From positions 111,724,001 to 111,788,000 of the forward strand of contig OX597816.1 of assembly GCA_951406725.2 (NCBI GenBank): a stretch of 64,000 bases of DNA, written 5' to 3'. This document shows positions 50,908-64,000 of the stretch, in pieces. The translations under genes and the position numbers were made by a program. The notes below the pieces were generated by a model, which did not search any database, was not told where the DNA came from, and saw nothing but the letters and a program-made list of their open reading frames with translations. Every line of letters starts with the position of its first letter. Position 1 is the stretch's first letter. This DNA comes from Octopus vulgaris. Lineage: Eukaryota.

Positions 50908-52699
50908 TGAAACTGATGCTGCTAACATTCTGTTTGAACATATGTATGTTTGTGCCTGTAAGAAAAATCATAGGAGGAGAGGTAATTCAAAAGGGGCTGC
51001 TGTTTTGTGGACAATCTATGGGGAAAGAGGTTTTGAATGCTGCATCAGGAAGGTATGAATATGAGTAACAATAAGAGTAACAAGAGGATAAGGGACTGGT
51101 GTGACAATAGTCTCTAGATGGTGTATATGCAGATATGTAGTTCATGCACACACAGAGACACACAGACACATGTACACATGCAAACACACACACACACACA
51201 CATATAGACTTACATACATGCAGCAATAGACAGGGCAAAGAGTAGAACAGGGAAACAGTGCAGATTTAAATCATAGATATTTAAACAGGCATGTGTTGGT
51301 CTTAATCTTCATTATTTATGAATTAATTACAACACTACTATCCTATGGATTATTCCTGTGTAGGAGTCTGTAAAGAACTAGCAGCCATTCAAGATTAAAT
51401 CATTTCCTGTCTTGAAAAATATTTCTAGTTTCTTTTAGATACAGTTTTTGCATTGGTACATATTTGGGGTTACTATCAGTGATCAAAGATTTAAGGCCTT
51501 GCACAGTGGTTCTCATAATGAGGATGGGGTGCTGAGTGGATTGAAAAGGCTGGGGACAGACAAATTGGCACGCTTAATAAAATTATTAAGGTTTTAAACT
51601 TCTAAAATTATTTGACATTATGGCAAAGGGAAAATGAATTATATGGATGTAAACTTTGATAAGAACCACCCAAAGTGGCAGCATGTCATCATTGAGGGAA
51701 CAGATCTGATGGCAAAATAACATGTCGAGAGGCATAGATCAAATGTCAAAGATGCAAAGAGTGATTCACCCGTCCTCGTCCCCCACCAACTCTCCCTTGA
51801 CTCTTCAGCACCTTGCACATGCATCAAGATGAAGGAGCTCAATCACTAGCTACCAATCTATAAATCGAATACGAGTTAATTCCACTGCTGATGAAACTTT
51901 GGCAAGATTTAAATGCTGATGAGAAAATTAAAAGCTTAAAACTTCTGCTATTTACTAGGCTATTCAATATTTATTTTCACAGACAGATTGAAGGTCTAAG
52001 TTTTGCAGAAAATGAATGCTTATACATTTACATAGATCGTATCAGTGAAATAAAAGATTTTTGGAATCAAAATACTTTCATGTACTTAAAGTGCCTTGAG
52101 CTTAAATCTTCTCCGCAAGCTAACTCCTCCCAATATGTCATTAAATACTAAGATAACTACAGATACAAAACTATAAGCTCATTATAACCAACTTTACTAT
52201 CTGAATAATTTATCTGAAATGGAAAGCAACTCGTACAATAGGATAGAACCTAAGTTATATATTTACTTCCGCCACTTATCTTTCACCTACTCAAATTACC
52301 TTTCAGCACACACAGAATAAAATGTATATAAAGCAAAATGATATGAAAATATAGAACACTCATACAACTTTACAATTAACAGCAGACAAAGCAACATAAC
52401 AGATTTGTCTTTGAGTCCTCGATCTTTCTACTACAAATCAGAAAGTACTCTCAACATAAAATAGTATGATAATGTTTTCATATTTCTAGGCAGCAAAATT
52501 CAAAATTCAAAATTCAAAATGAAAAACCACCTAAACATGCAACAGGCCACAGTTCATTGTTTCATAAACCTTCAACCCACACAGCTCCTGCATCCTAAGA
52601 ACAGTGTCCCCCGGTTCAAATTGACTACAGTACAAAAACATAACAAGCACAACCACACAAAAATAACTGTAACATAGAGCTGGGTGATAAACCTTTAAG

Positions 52700-52925
52700 T
52701 ACCTATTTCTTTACTACCCACTAGGGGCTAAACACAGAGAGGACAAGCAAGGACATACAAACGGATTAAGTCGATTATATCGACCCCAGTGCATAACTGG
52801 TACTTATTTAATCAACCCTGAAAGGATGAAAGGCAAAGTCGACCTCAGCGGAATTTGAACTCAGAACGCAGCAGCAGACGAAATACCACTAAGCATTTCA
52901 CCCAGCATGCTAACGTTTCTGCCTT
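52700..52925 (-). mobile_element. SINE family A variant with a different 3' tail
   Basis: The family A head and core are joined to ...cccactaggggctaaacacagagaggac instead of the usual ggcacaagg tail. Confidence 0.75.
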
Positions 52926-53604
52926 TATGTGCCATGTAAGACAAAGCAGTCAAATCTCCCTCTACTTCCCTAAAAATGGAAAGAAAGCATTAAATAATGT
53001 AATTCAAGACACATTATTATCTGAATGAGACTTGATGTTCATAGCTAGAATGTCTTAGATCATAGATTTGCTCAATCAAAGCTGATCTTAAAAGTAATGA
53101 CTTTACAAAACTGCAATTACCATCAATGACTGTCGCTTGCCCATCTCCTCAGTGTCCACCACCAGAATTTGCAAACATAGAAAAGCACTCTGAATATTGG
53201 AAAAAAATGCAAATTGCTCTCACCACCATAATAGTTACTATATGAGACCCCTCTGTATCTCGGAGTGTGAACTGGATGTATGGATCACACCTAGTTGTCT
53301 GAACAGTTTAGAAATATGTCTACTTGATATACTGAAGCTACACTGCAGCAGAAACAACATTGTATTGCACAGGTATTCACGCACTCACCTAATGGAAGCT
53401 TTGTGATTTTGAAAATCTTGCCATAATGTTTTGATTTTTTTTTTTATTTGAAATCTGTTTTCCTGATGGCTTCCATCTTATTATATCATGTTAAAAAGAT
53501 TTCAACCTATTTTTATGCAAAGATAAGTCTTATGTAATGGAATTTCCCATTATGGCAAGGTTTTTCACAACACAAGGGATGTTTGTTTAATGTAATAATG
53601 TATC

Positions 53605-53769
53605 GATGCAGAAGTAACTGTGTGGTTAGTAGCTTGCTTACCAACCACATGGTTCTGGGTTCAGTCCCACTGTGTGGCACCTTGGGCAAGTGTCTTCTAC
53701 TATAGCCTCAGGCCGACCAAAGCCTTGTGAGTGGATATGGTAGACGGAAACTGAAAGAAGCCAGTTGTG

Positions 53770-53832
<63 letters not shown>

Positions 53833-54035
53833 GTTTGTGTGTTTGTGTTTGTCCCCCACCATTTCTTGAACCATTTCTTGACAACCAATGCTGGTTTGTT
53901 TACATCCCCATTTGGCAAAAAAGGCTAATAGAATAACTACTAAGCTTACAAAGAATAAGTCCTGGAGTCGATTTGTTCGACTAAACATTGTGCTCCAGCA
54001 TGGCCAGAGTCAAATGACTGAAACAAATAAAATAA
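53605..54035 (+). mobile_element. Full-length SINE family B
   Basis: tRNA-like head (tgtgtggttag...gggttcagtccc), body, (TA)n/(TG)n linker and tail gtgctccagcatggcc...atgactgaaacaa. Confidence 0.85.
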
Positions 54036-54732
54036 AAAAAAGAAAAGAAAAGTATACGAAATAGCCCCAAGAAAGAAAACATACAGAATATTTTAAAACA
54101 AGCAATATTATTTCACTCTTGTCAATAATTTTTTTATTTGAATAGTCCTGAGGTTATGGCTCTCTGGCTTTTTGACTTTGTGCCACACTGGGAGTCACAT
54201 AATGGATTATTGACACATTTTGCACAATTATTGGGGACTTTTTAATATTATTTGATATACTCTGTCAAATGTTCAAATGTTATGTTTATTTGTTTACATT
54301 GTTTTCAATAAATCATGCATTATTTTGTAGTTTTGAGATTTTATTGATATAAATGTTCATTTTTAGAATGACATTGTTGGGTAGGTGTAAGAAACTGAAA
54401 CTAGCTGGTTTGAACATGAAATAAGTAGTATATTTGAGTCTTATATGACCAACTTATATGTTACAGTTAAAAATATAGTAAAGAATATAGATAATGAATG
54501 CTTACTTTATTTTATTAAAAAATACTTGTGTAGGACAAAATTATGAACAACAGTTTTCAAAAAGAGCTAGTAATAATATGGTTTTATTTGAATTGTATTT
54601 TTTAAAATCTATCGAGAATCTAGTTGTGTTGCAGCTGTGAACCACAGTGTACTATTTCAGGATTGGACAAATCTTTTTGTGCTATTATTTCTAAACATAC
54701 ATTGTCTATATGCATCAATTAATTTTAAAATA

Positions 54733-55617
54733 CAGCGGGGTACCCAAAAGAAACCGGAATTTTGCAATATTATTTTATTCACTTAGCTTTATAAGTTTAC
54801 ACTGCCTCCATTTGAAGCAATCATTGGTCCAAGTATGCATTCTGCTATTCAAGACAATGCTGGATCTCTTACGAAGTGATGCCTTTTAATGCCTCCATCG
54901 ATTTTTACTTCACCTCTTCGCCATGTGCAAATTCCATAGCATCAGATTTCATCACCAGTGATGACCTTCAAAACAAGGTCTGGATCAACTTCCATCTCTT
55001 CTTTCAGTTCACAACATGCATTCAGTCATGACTGCTTTTGATCTTCCGTGAGCAAGCAAGGCACAAATTTTGCTGCAGCTCTTTGCATTTGCAATTCCTC
55101 ACTCAAAATTTGTTGGCAGGAGTTTCAGGACACACCAGTCATATCAACAAGTCCGTCAATTGTTTGGTAGCAGTTCTCCAAGATCAGATCAGTTCATGAA
55201 TTTTTCATGATGTTTTCATACACTTAGGAAATGTTGTCCTGAATAAGGTTGGTCTTCAAACAACAAGTGACCATTCCCAAAGCATGAAAACCACTCATAA
55301 ACTTATGTTTTGATCATGGCAGTGTCCTTGTAAGCTGTTTGAAGCATGACAACTATTTCAGCCACCATTTTCCCCAGCAGAAAACAGAATTTCATGGAAG
55401 CATACTTTTCCTTCATTTCAGCCATCACAAAAAATCAGTGAAATTGGAGAAGCACCACATCAGTGAAATTGGAGAAGACACACCACATGGTAGTTTGACT
55501 TCACTCAACAACACCAGTCAGCAGACTGATGCCTGAGGGTTGCATCAAGTAGCTTCTAACAGTAGCAGCCTGAACTGCACAAAGAACGTTTCCTGTTACA
55601 TTTGGGTACCCCCATCA
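54733..55617 (-). mobile_element. Mariner (Tc1/mariner) element, internally deleted
   Basis: TA-flanked TIRs ggggtacccaaaagaaaccggaa / ttcctgttacatttgggtacccc. The minus strand from ATG 55425 reads MAEMKEKYASMKFCFLLGK...VYEWFS...EDQPYSG, then RVAAKFVPCLLTEDQK and KVITGDEI*CYG, then jumps to the C-terminus. Confidence 0.88.
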
Positions 55618-57229
55618 TAAGTATTTGATAAGATTTACTATTATCTTTACTATCAAACTAGTGCTTTGGATCCAACTTAACAAAATTTTCTTACATAAAA
55701 TGTTGACAGGGTGTTTGAATTTACATCTAACTATTTAAAATGTATAGTTATTGCATCATAAAAACCAGGGGAAGTCTAAAACAGTTTAGTATCAAAATAG
55801 TTAATAGGTTGAACAGCTGACTGAAAGATTAGGAACTGAGCTCAAATCTTAATTTAGCCAATTAATTCTTGCCAAATCATATAACTCCTTATTTCTCTCA
55901 ATCTACTTAACTGACAATAAATACCTGCCACACGTACTCCACACTTAAACAGAATAAATGAGGGAGCATTTGTATCATTTGACTTACAAAAACACAGCAG
56001 CCAAATTTCACTCAACTCATACTCTGTAGTCAAGTACACATTGGATAATGTAATCATGGCCCACTGTGCCAGAGAAAAAAAAGGATGGTTTGGTCATCAC
56101 TAAAATGGCTCTGATTATATGTCTGTTTGACCATGACTAACTTGGGACAAACAACGAAAACGACCTAACAGTTAAATGCTTCTAGGAAGGATTGGTAAAT
56201 AGTTGTAAAAAATAAAATGACAAAAAAAAATATACTACCCTTGTGAATACAGGGGAAAAAACATATAAAACAAGGAAAATAATTTAGCAACTTTTACAAT
56301 TGAAATAATTTATCCAGAATGTTAAGCTACCTGCATCATGGAAGGCAGCATAGAATATACTAACATTTTTCCTTCCTCCTTCATTCACATTGAAATAAGC
56401 AATGTAACAAACATAGATGAAAATACTCCTGACAAAAGAAGATATATGCATGATATTGTGAATGAACAATAATTCTTCCTTCATTGCTTGTCACTATGTA
56501 ATGGCAAATGTGCAAAATATATTTTATTCCTAAATGTTTTTCAGTTCTTTTCATTTTTTAAATGGCTGCATTTTATTATTTATTTATCCTTTTATTTATT
56601 TATCCATTTATTTATTTATTTATTTATTTATCTTTCCAGCTTCCCTGTGGAAGAATTTTGAATTTGTTTCTTGAATTGGGTGATCATTATTTACATTTTC
56701 TATTCAAGCAAATTTCCATATCCTGAATTTTTATCTCTTGAGATAGTGGTGAATAAATTTTTAGATGATATATCCAGCAAAAATAGAAGGATAAAAATTA
56801 TTCTTGTTTATGTAAAGAAATATTGAAAAGATATTTTTCTCTTCTATTAAAAATTGCTTATTAGCAGGCTGTCATTAAAAAGAAAAAGAACTGGGAAGCT
56901 AATACAAGTCGTCAAAAATGATTGTTTCTTAATAATGTAAAATAGAAATGCATGTAATACATAAAGAACATGTACATTGCAATGCTTCAGATATTTTTGC
57001 AATTCATCCTTAAAATGCCTGGCAGTCTATAGAACCTTAATGCTACTTTTTCTGCCATTAGTTTCTCTGCATTAAATGTGTTATTCATCTTAGCGAACTA
57101 AGGACTTTCACAAGCTTGCATGGAAGCTTCTACATTAATACTTGACCTGAAGAAATTACAACTAGATCTTCCTTAAATGCTACACTAATAGCTTTAAAAA
57201 CAGCAAAATGTACAGGATTGACAAAAATT

Positions 57230-57365
57230 AGTTTCAAATGTTAGCACAAAGCCAGGAGTTTCAGAAGTGGGAGCTAGTCTATTACACGAACCCCAGTACT
57301 CAACTGGTACCTATTTTACTGACCCCAAAAGGATGAAAGACAAAGTCGACCTTGGGCAAGATTTT
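57230..57365 (-). mobile_element. SINE family A, truncated
   Basis: ccccagtactcaactggtacctattttactgaccccaaaaggatgaaagacaaagtcgacc. Confidence 0.75.
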
Positions 57366-57809
57366 AACAGATGAAATGTCTATAATCCAGTCTATTAGAT
57401 AGACAGATAGACAGACAGATCAAATTAGTTCAAATATATTTGAGACATATTTCATATCTGGCCTGTAAGAAAGCATTTTTCACTTCACTACTGCTTGCTA
57501 TAATGAAACTTTTTTATTTCAGGTAAAAAGTGTAAACACAGTAAAATCAATCACTTCAAAAAGACTTATGAATTATGAACTGGTTGGTGCATTTTGAGAT
57601 TTTGTTCTCTCTTCAGTACTAGATACCAAGTAGGACAACTCTAAACTGATTAAAAGATTTAGCATCCTAATAGAAATCAGTAAAAGTTACAGAATTCTTC
57701 CAGTCAGTTTAGAGTTGTATAAACTATATACATATTCAAGAAGACCCATTCACCACAACAGAATTGAGATCTTAAAACCAAGGTGCCATAGGAAACGCAT
57801 TGGTATGTG

Positions 57810-58030
57810 TGTTGGGGTCACGTAAAAAGCACTTGTGATGGGGCCACATAAAAAGCACCTTGTACACTTTGTAGAGTGGTTGGCATTAGGAAGGGCATCT
57901 AGCCACAGAAACCAAAGCCAAGACACACTATGGAACCTGGTGTGGCCTCTGGTCTTGCCAGTTCCTCTCAAGCCATCCAAACCATGTCAGCATGGAAAAC
58001 GGATGTTAAATGTTAATGATAATAATAATG
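57810..58030 (+). mobile_element. SINE family D
   Basis: Two cacgtaaaaagcac units, then ggttggcattaggaagggcatc and gcatggaaaacggatgttaa. Confidence 0.8.
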
Positions 58031-58361
58031 ACACATACATATGCACATACATACATATATATGTATTTATGTATGTATGTATGTATGCATATATGTGTGT
58101 GTGTGCATATATATATATAATATAAATTAGAGATATAACCACTATTATGCAACTCAAACAGTGATAGACATAAACCAATACATAAATAACCAATATATAT
58201 ATATATATATATATAAATTACGCCTTGTTTAGGTTATTACTACTTCTGAGGTTCTGCTAGATATGAAACATATGCAGCCTGAATTTCATTCCCTAATTTT
58301 TAGATGGACGGATGGATGGCTAGATAGCTAGGTAAGTAGATAGGTAGGTATGTATATATGT

Positions 58362-59207
58362 CATAATTCAGTTTATTTCAAGATTTTTTGCCAATAGAGA
58401 AAGAACCAGTTTCTAACCTAAATCTAAGGTTCCTTCATTGGCATTTCAACATCAACAACAGGGTATTTTTGTTTGTATGTATGTATGTGCAGATTTATAT
58501 GTTTTATGTATGTATTCTCCTACAGAGTTACATAACTAGACATGTTCATATGTATTTAAATGATAAACTTCTGGAAAGTTTTACAGATTTTTACAGTTCC
58601 CATTATGGATTGGATCTTTAACCTTCAAATTAGCTTTCTCCTTTCTGATTTTGAGAAGCCTAATTTCTCAAGATTGTTATTTTGGCAGTTTGTAACATAT
58701 CCCAGGGCCCCAGTAATTACAGGTATAAGCCTGAACTTGTAATCTGGATAGAGAAGCTGTAGATTTCTCAATAGTACAGCATAAGTGTCCTCTTTTTCAC
58801 TGATCTCCAGCTTTAGGTTAACATTGGCTGGGCAGTTAATTTCTACAACTGTGCACAGTTTCTCTTCTCTATCTCAAATCATTATATCAAGCCTGTTGTG
58901 CTTACATTTTATTGAGGTCTTCACTGGTACATTCCACCAGTATTCCTTTTCATTATGAGTTGCTTGGCTTCTACCATATTATGGGTTTATATTTCTTTGT
59001 CCTCAGGATTATCCTTCTGATGGATTTCATTATAGTGTCTTAGCTACGTCATGTTTCATTGGTATATAATACCGTTATGACATTTTCTGACAACTGCTTA
59101 TGATGTGGGTAATATCTTCAGTGTGAACTCCACAAAGTCTGCATCAGTTATCATATTTTATGGCATTTCCTGCTTCTCTATCCCTTTTGTGCATCAGGTA
59201 CTTGGTT
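58362..59207 (-). mobile_element. RLE-type LINE (R4/Dong-like) 3' fragment in (TATG)/(TA) repeats
   Basis: Minus strand reads CRLCGVHTEDITHIISSC (CCHC), WWNVPVKTSIKCKHNRLDI...VEINCP...EKEDTY (RLE) and FRLIPVITGALGYV. Confidence 0.85.
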
Positions 59208-62200
59208 GTATATATATGTATGTATGTGTAGACACAGAATAGCTGATATTTTTAAGATGTTCACTTCACAACCATTAGATCCTGGGTTTAATCCTACTGC
59301 ATGGCTCCCTAGGCAAATGTCATTTTCTATAACTTTAGGTCAACTCATACCAAGTAAATGAAATCAGGCAGACGAAAACTGTACAAAAGCCCATAAGGTG
59401 GACTGTATTTGTAATTCAGAAGGTACAGCCTTGTCACAAACTGTATCACACTGATTTTACCTGAGAATTGCATTTGTGGTATTCTCACCTATTTACACAT
59501 TAACTAAAGAGCAGGAAACTCAGTTGATTAAACAACTGAATCCTGATCATCAAATACCAGGAACCCAACGCCCCTGGATTTGTGTGTTTGTATGTCTGTG
59601 TGTGTGTGTCACTAACAACCTCACTAACTGTCCCATCAGGTTATACACTCCAACTATAGTACTCTCACAAACGCCATTGTTGAGGAAAACTTCAAAGAAT
59701 TCAATATTTCCTGGTTTTTAAATAGAACAGATTACAAATGTGACAACATAATAGTATCATAGATAAACTCCTTTTACAACTTCAATAACTATCACCAACA
59801 CACATACACATATACGCACATTCATGTACATCACCAAATCAACTACAACAACTCCTCACCAGACATCATCTTCTTCCACAACCACTTGGCAAACACTTTC
59901 CCAAGTTTCCTTAGACAACTTACCAATTATCATCACAATAGACTTGTGCATTAATGAAGAATGCAAAAACACACTTTTACAAACTTAAAAAAAATACAAT
60001 AGAATAAGCTCCATTAAGAAACAGAATTAAGATTTTCAGAATTCAACATCATTATCAAAACAGACACTACAGTATATACATTCAACAATATAATTATAGA
60101 TGCATCAAAAAAATATATTCCACAAAACAAGTTTAAAAAATGCAATCCAATTACACACCAGAAAGAGTCAACCTCATAAAAACCAGAGACAGTCTTAAAC
60201 ACAATACACAAAAGCTGTGTAAGAGCAAAATAAAATTCAACCTCAAAAATTTAAACAATGAAATAGCAAAAGATAAATATAAACCAGACACAAAATAAAA
60301 AAACTGCTAAATATTTTAATCAAATATAAATCACAAAATTAAAAATAACACAGTAAATAAAGTAATTAGCAACAACATTAACAACAACAGGAGTCACACC
60401 CCATCTCATATCACAATAATGACCTCATATGATATACAACTCTGCAACAACAAGCAGATGTCCTTGTTAGATATGTCTTGAAAATTAGCTGCCAAAAACC
60501 AAACAAAGAAGACAGGCCCACAAAATGAAAAACGCACCTTTCCCCTAAACCACAATTTTGATCTCTTTCTATCAAACATCCTATGATTAATGGGAAAACA
60601 TAAAACCTTCAATGCCCCAGGGTAAATGACAAGCACATACCAATAGCATTTAGAGTCTGAATCCATGCACTAACCAATATCCACAATTACTTGTATCAAC
60701 ACTACTAAATTATTGGAATCTCAAAAGTGGAAAAAACCATAACTCTAATGCCCATTGGAAACCCAAATGAAATATCACCATTACAACCCCATTGCTCTCC
60801 AATGCAATCTTCAAAAATTTTAAAAAGAAATACAATTATTCAAATCACTACATCTAACTACTATACTATTTACATACCTACCTCACAAAATATTTGATAG
60901 ATTCAACCACACAGCAAAAATAATTTCTTTTACATACTGTTCTATTAATACTGATATAAGCAAAAGCTCCAGACTCCATTCCTCACTACCCACTCATAAA
61001 AATTAACCATCATCATTTTAAAAATAATATGAAATATTGGTTAGCAAACTGCCAATCAGTTCTCCAAGCCTATGTAATATACCTTTTCCAAATAACAGAG
61101 GAATCTGTTCTTTCACCCATCGTTTTCAACGTGTAATCAATCTACAACTACACAAAACATATAAACAGCCTCGTATGCAGATGGTATCACATTCACAACC
61201 TCCCACTACTCCCTTTCAGTCACTGTTACACAGCTACTCCAACCTAGAAACCAGGCTCCACATCAGTAGCAGCTATCAAATAGACTAACTCCATTTCTAC
61301 CAGCAATACTAGACAATATCAAATACAATTCAGCAACATAGACACACCCTCCGCACACAAGATCAAGATACCATCACAATATACATATTCAAAATACAAC
61401 ATAACATGCAAACACTCTTAGAACAATCACAGACTGTTCTGTGTGCATCCTATGAATTATTATCTGTTTGGCAGACATCAGCACATATCAGCAAGCAATT
61501 TCTTTGCTGATTCCTAAAACCATGCTCTTGCAAGATTCATCATTTTAGTGGAAAAGTTTTGATTGAGGAGACTCACAACAAGGTTGAAACATCACAATAT
61601 CTCAAAGTTTCTTTATACCAGTGACTCTCATATGTGTTATGAACATACATTATTTAAAGGGAGGTGTTCTCTGATGATGAAAAATAACAGCAATTAAATA
61701 TTCACATTGAAATCTGCTAGAATGTATTAAGAATGAATAGATACATTATTACAAGAAACCTGCAAGGGGGAAATAACTGCTGAAGCAGTACAGAGACAAA
61801 AAGCCCTTTTTTTATGGGTGCTGTTGAGCATGGTACTGTTGCATAATGAAACTCAGTAATTCTTTAGTATGGCTACTAAATGAACAATACAACACTTTAA
61901 TACCTTCTTACAGTTATAATAAATGCACTTGACTCTTGAAAAGTAGGTATCCCTGTCACTCTTTATGTTCTCTAAATTGTTTATTGAAGAAAACATGCTA
62001 CTGCCAATGAGGATAAGAAGCCTATAATCATAGAAACACATTAATTTATGAAAACCTAAAACAAGTATTGAAGAGAATGTAATCTCATTTGATTATTTCA
62101 ATATTTTGTAATTTTTTTGTAATTATTCAGAAAAACATATATATATATATAATCATACTTTATAAGATGACTTACTTGCAGTTTAAATTTTTAGCTCAAC

Positions 62201-63477
62201 AGATGTTTTAACTCAGCATTGCAATTCAAAAAATAGTGTTACTAATAGACATACAGATTTAATTTCTATGGTACCCTACTTAGGGCCCTGCATTTTAAAG
62301 TTTTTATTTGGTTATACTAACCCAGTACTTTGCCTTGTAATGAAAGGTAAATCTTACATGCATAGAATTTGAATGCAGAATATTTAAGAGATGTAACAAA
62401 ATACACTAATTTTTACGATGTTCTGACAAATCTATCAATTTGGTTATAAGTTCTCCACTTCTCAGATTTAATATCTAGCTTCAAAACTGTATATATTCAT
62501 GAGTGATTCCATGGAATAAATATGTCACTACTTCACACTTCTCATTCTCAATAACACTCAGACATCAGTACTAAAATAAGATAAACAAACCTGCCTTTAT
62601 ACCAGGTATACTAGACAATACCAAATACATCCATCTTTACTAGATACCAATTAGATAACAATTGGCAATATTAAATGCAAAATACATTTCTTTACAGTTT
62701 ATAATTTTTCTATCAATTGAAGTCATCTTTTCAATATCTATACCTTTATTACATTTCAATCAATTTGATCTCTGATCATCATCACTTATATTCATGGAAG
62801 TATACAGTACATGTATATCAGTGACCATGTAGGTAAGAACATTTTTACCCTTAGTTTTGGAATAAAGATTTCTAATGCAGATCCAAGAAGGAATGAGGCA
62901 GCTGAATGACAACAAAAGATGAAATGAATAAAGTGTAGATGAAAATATTTATATAGTGATAAAGCTCCAACTTGTAAAATTATTGTCTTATTTACATTAT
63001 GGTTGGCAAATGAGTGATGGTAGCATAGAGGTAAGAAGATCTAGACTTGTTTTGTTGAGAATATGATGCTCTCTTGAGTGCATATATCAAGATAAAGTAC
63101 TTCTCTACATTTTGTAACTTAATAGGTCATAGGAAGAGCATCCGATTATAAAGGCCATGCCCAAAATACAACGTATGAGTAAGTTGAGATCCTACAACTC
63201 ATTTAATAGGTTGTTAATCTGAATATGGACAGACTGTGATAACCCATACAACACATAGTACAGAATGCAAACTTAAAACCTTCACACTGCTGCTAATGAC
63301 GATGATGATGAGGAGGATGTGGATGTTGATGATGATGATGATTCACACCACAGATTTAAACACATTCTTTTGTCCTTTTAAAATTACATATAATTAGAGA
63401 ATATCAAATTATTTTCAAGATTTAATTTCAATTTTTACATGAAACAATATCTTTTTCTTATGCTTTTAATATTGTTT

Positions 63478-63806
63478 TCTACTGTAGGCACAAGGCCCGA
63501 AATTTTTGGAAAGTGGGGCCAGTCAATTAGATCAACCCCAGTATGGAACTGATTGTTAAGTACTGCTGGGAGGACAAACATATACTCAGACAAACACACA
63601 TACACACATATGCAATGGGCTTCCGTACAGTTTCTGTCAACAAAATTCAATCACAAGGCATAGGGTGGCCCTGAGTTATAACAGATGACCCCGAAAGGAT
63701 GAAAGGCAAAGTTGACCTCAGCAGAATTTGAACACAGAATGTAAAGACAGACGAAATACTGGTAACCATTTCACCCAGCGTGCTAACGGTTCTGCCGGCT
63801 CACTGC
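63478..63806 (-). mobile_element. SINE family A with nested family B fragment and TSD of about 20 bp
   Basis: TSD cttatgct(t/g)ttaatattgttt at 63457-63477 and 63807-63827. B-type sequence lies at about 63555-63685. Confidence 0.8.
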
Positions 63807-64000
63807 CTTATGCTGTTAATATTGTTTGAACCATGCACAAAGGACAAAACATTCACTTTGAACAATTTTCAAATTAATATCTCTCACTACTTGTTGACAG
63901 ATATTGCACTTTTATAAAACATCGGATAGAAAACTCAGATATTTGAGGTTTTCAAAGGTCAAAGCTAGTAGAGTGCTGTATAGTTCACTGTTGAAAATGG

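Noticed and set aside
57585-57622. Minus-strand CUGAAGA-GAGA-acaaaa-UCUC-AAAA-UGCA
   Set aside because: Stem II is good, but GAAA is mutated, there is no UH site, and stem I does not pair. It could be a decayed HHR or chance.
58228-58280. CUGAGGU...GAAACAUAUG next to (TA)n
   Set aside because: The core and cleavage triplet are mutated and stem I is absent.
61559-61597. UUGAGGA-gacu...agguu-GAAAC-AUC at the end of an A/C-rich tract (59.6-61.6 kb)
   Set aside because: It needs several corrections to fold. The upstream tract looks like an old retroelement remnant, but I could not recognise any protein motifs.

Overview
AT-rich, microsatellite-dense animal non-coding DNA with no credible intact protein-coding gene. 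The SINE repertoire strongly suggests an Octopus intron or intergenic region (inference). Most of the window is layered mobile-element debris: at least four tRNA-headed or RTE-tailed SINE families, a full-length decayed piggyBac, an internally deleted mariner, two Helitron-type elements, TTAA-flanked MITEs, a long foldback, RTE and RLE (R4/Dong-like) LINE 3' fragments, and Penelope-like (PLE) RT/GIY-YIG remnants. The main hidden signal is a set of type I hammerhead ribozyme (HHR) motifs (CUGANGA...GAAA-palindrome-UH) in short elements, mostly inserted in (TA)n tracts. The best one is a fully intact HHR (22535-22610) inside a young 534-bp-period A-B-A partial tandem. Its left end lies 11 nt from the position equivalent to the ribozyme cleavage site, making it a candidate retrozyme or non-autonomous PLE. 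There is also a nest of three co-oriented HHRs at 45.4-46.9 kb and an HHR-like motif inside a tRNA-headed SINE. All folds and family assignments were made by eye, without database searches.
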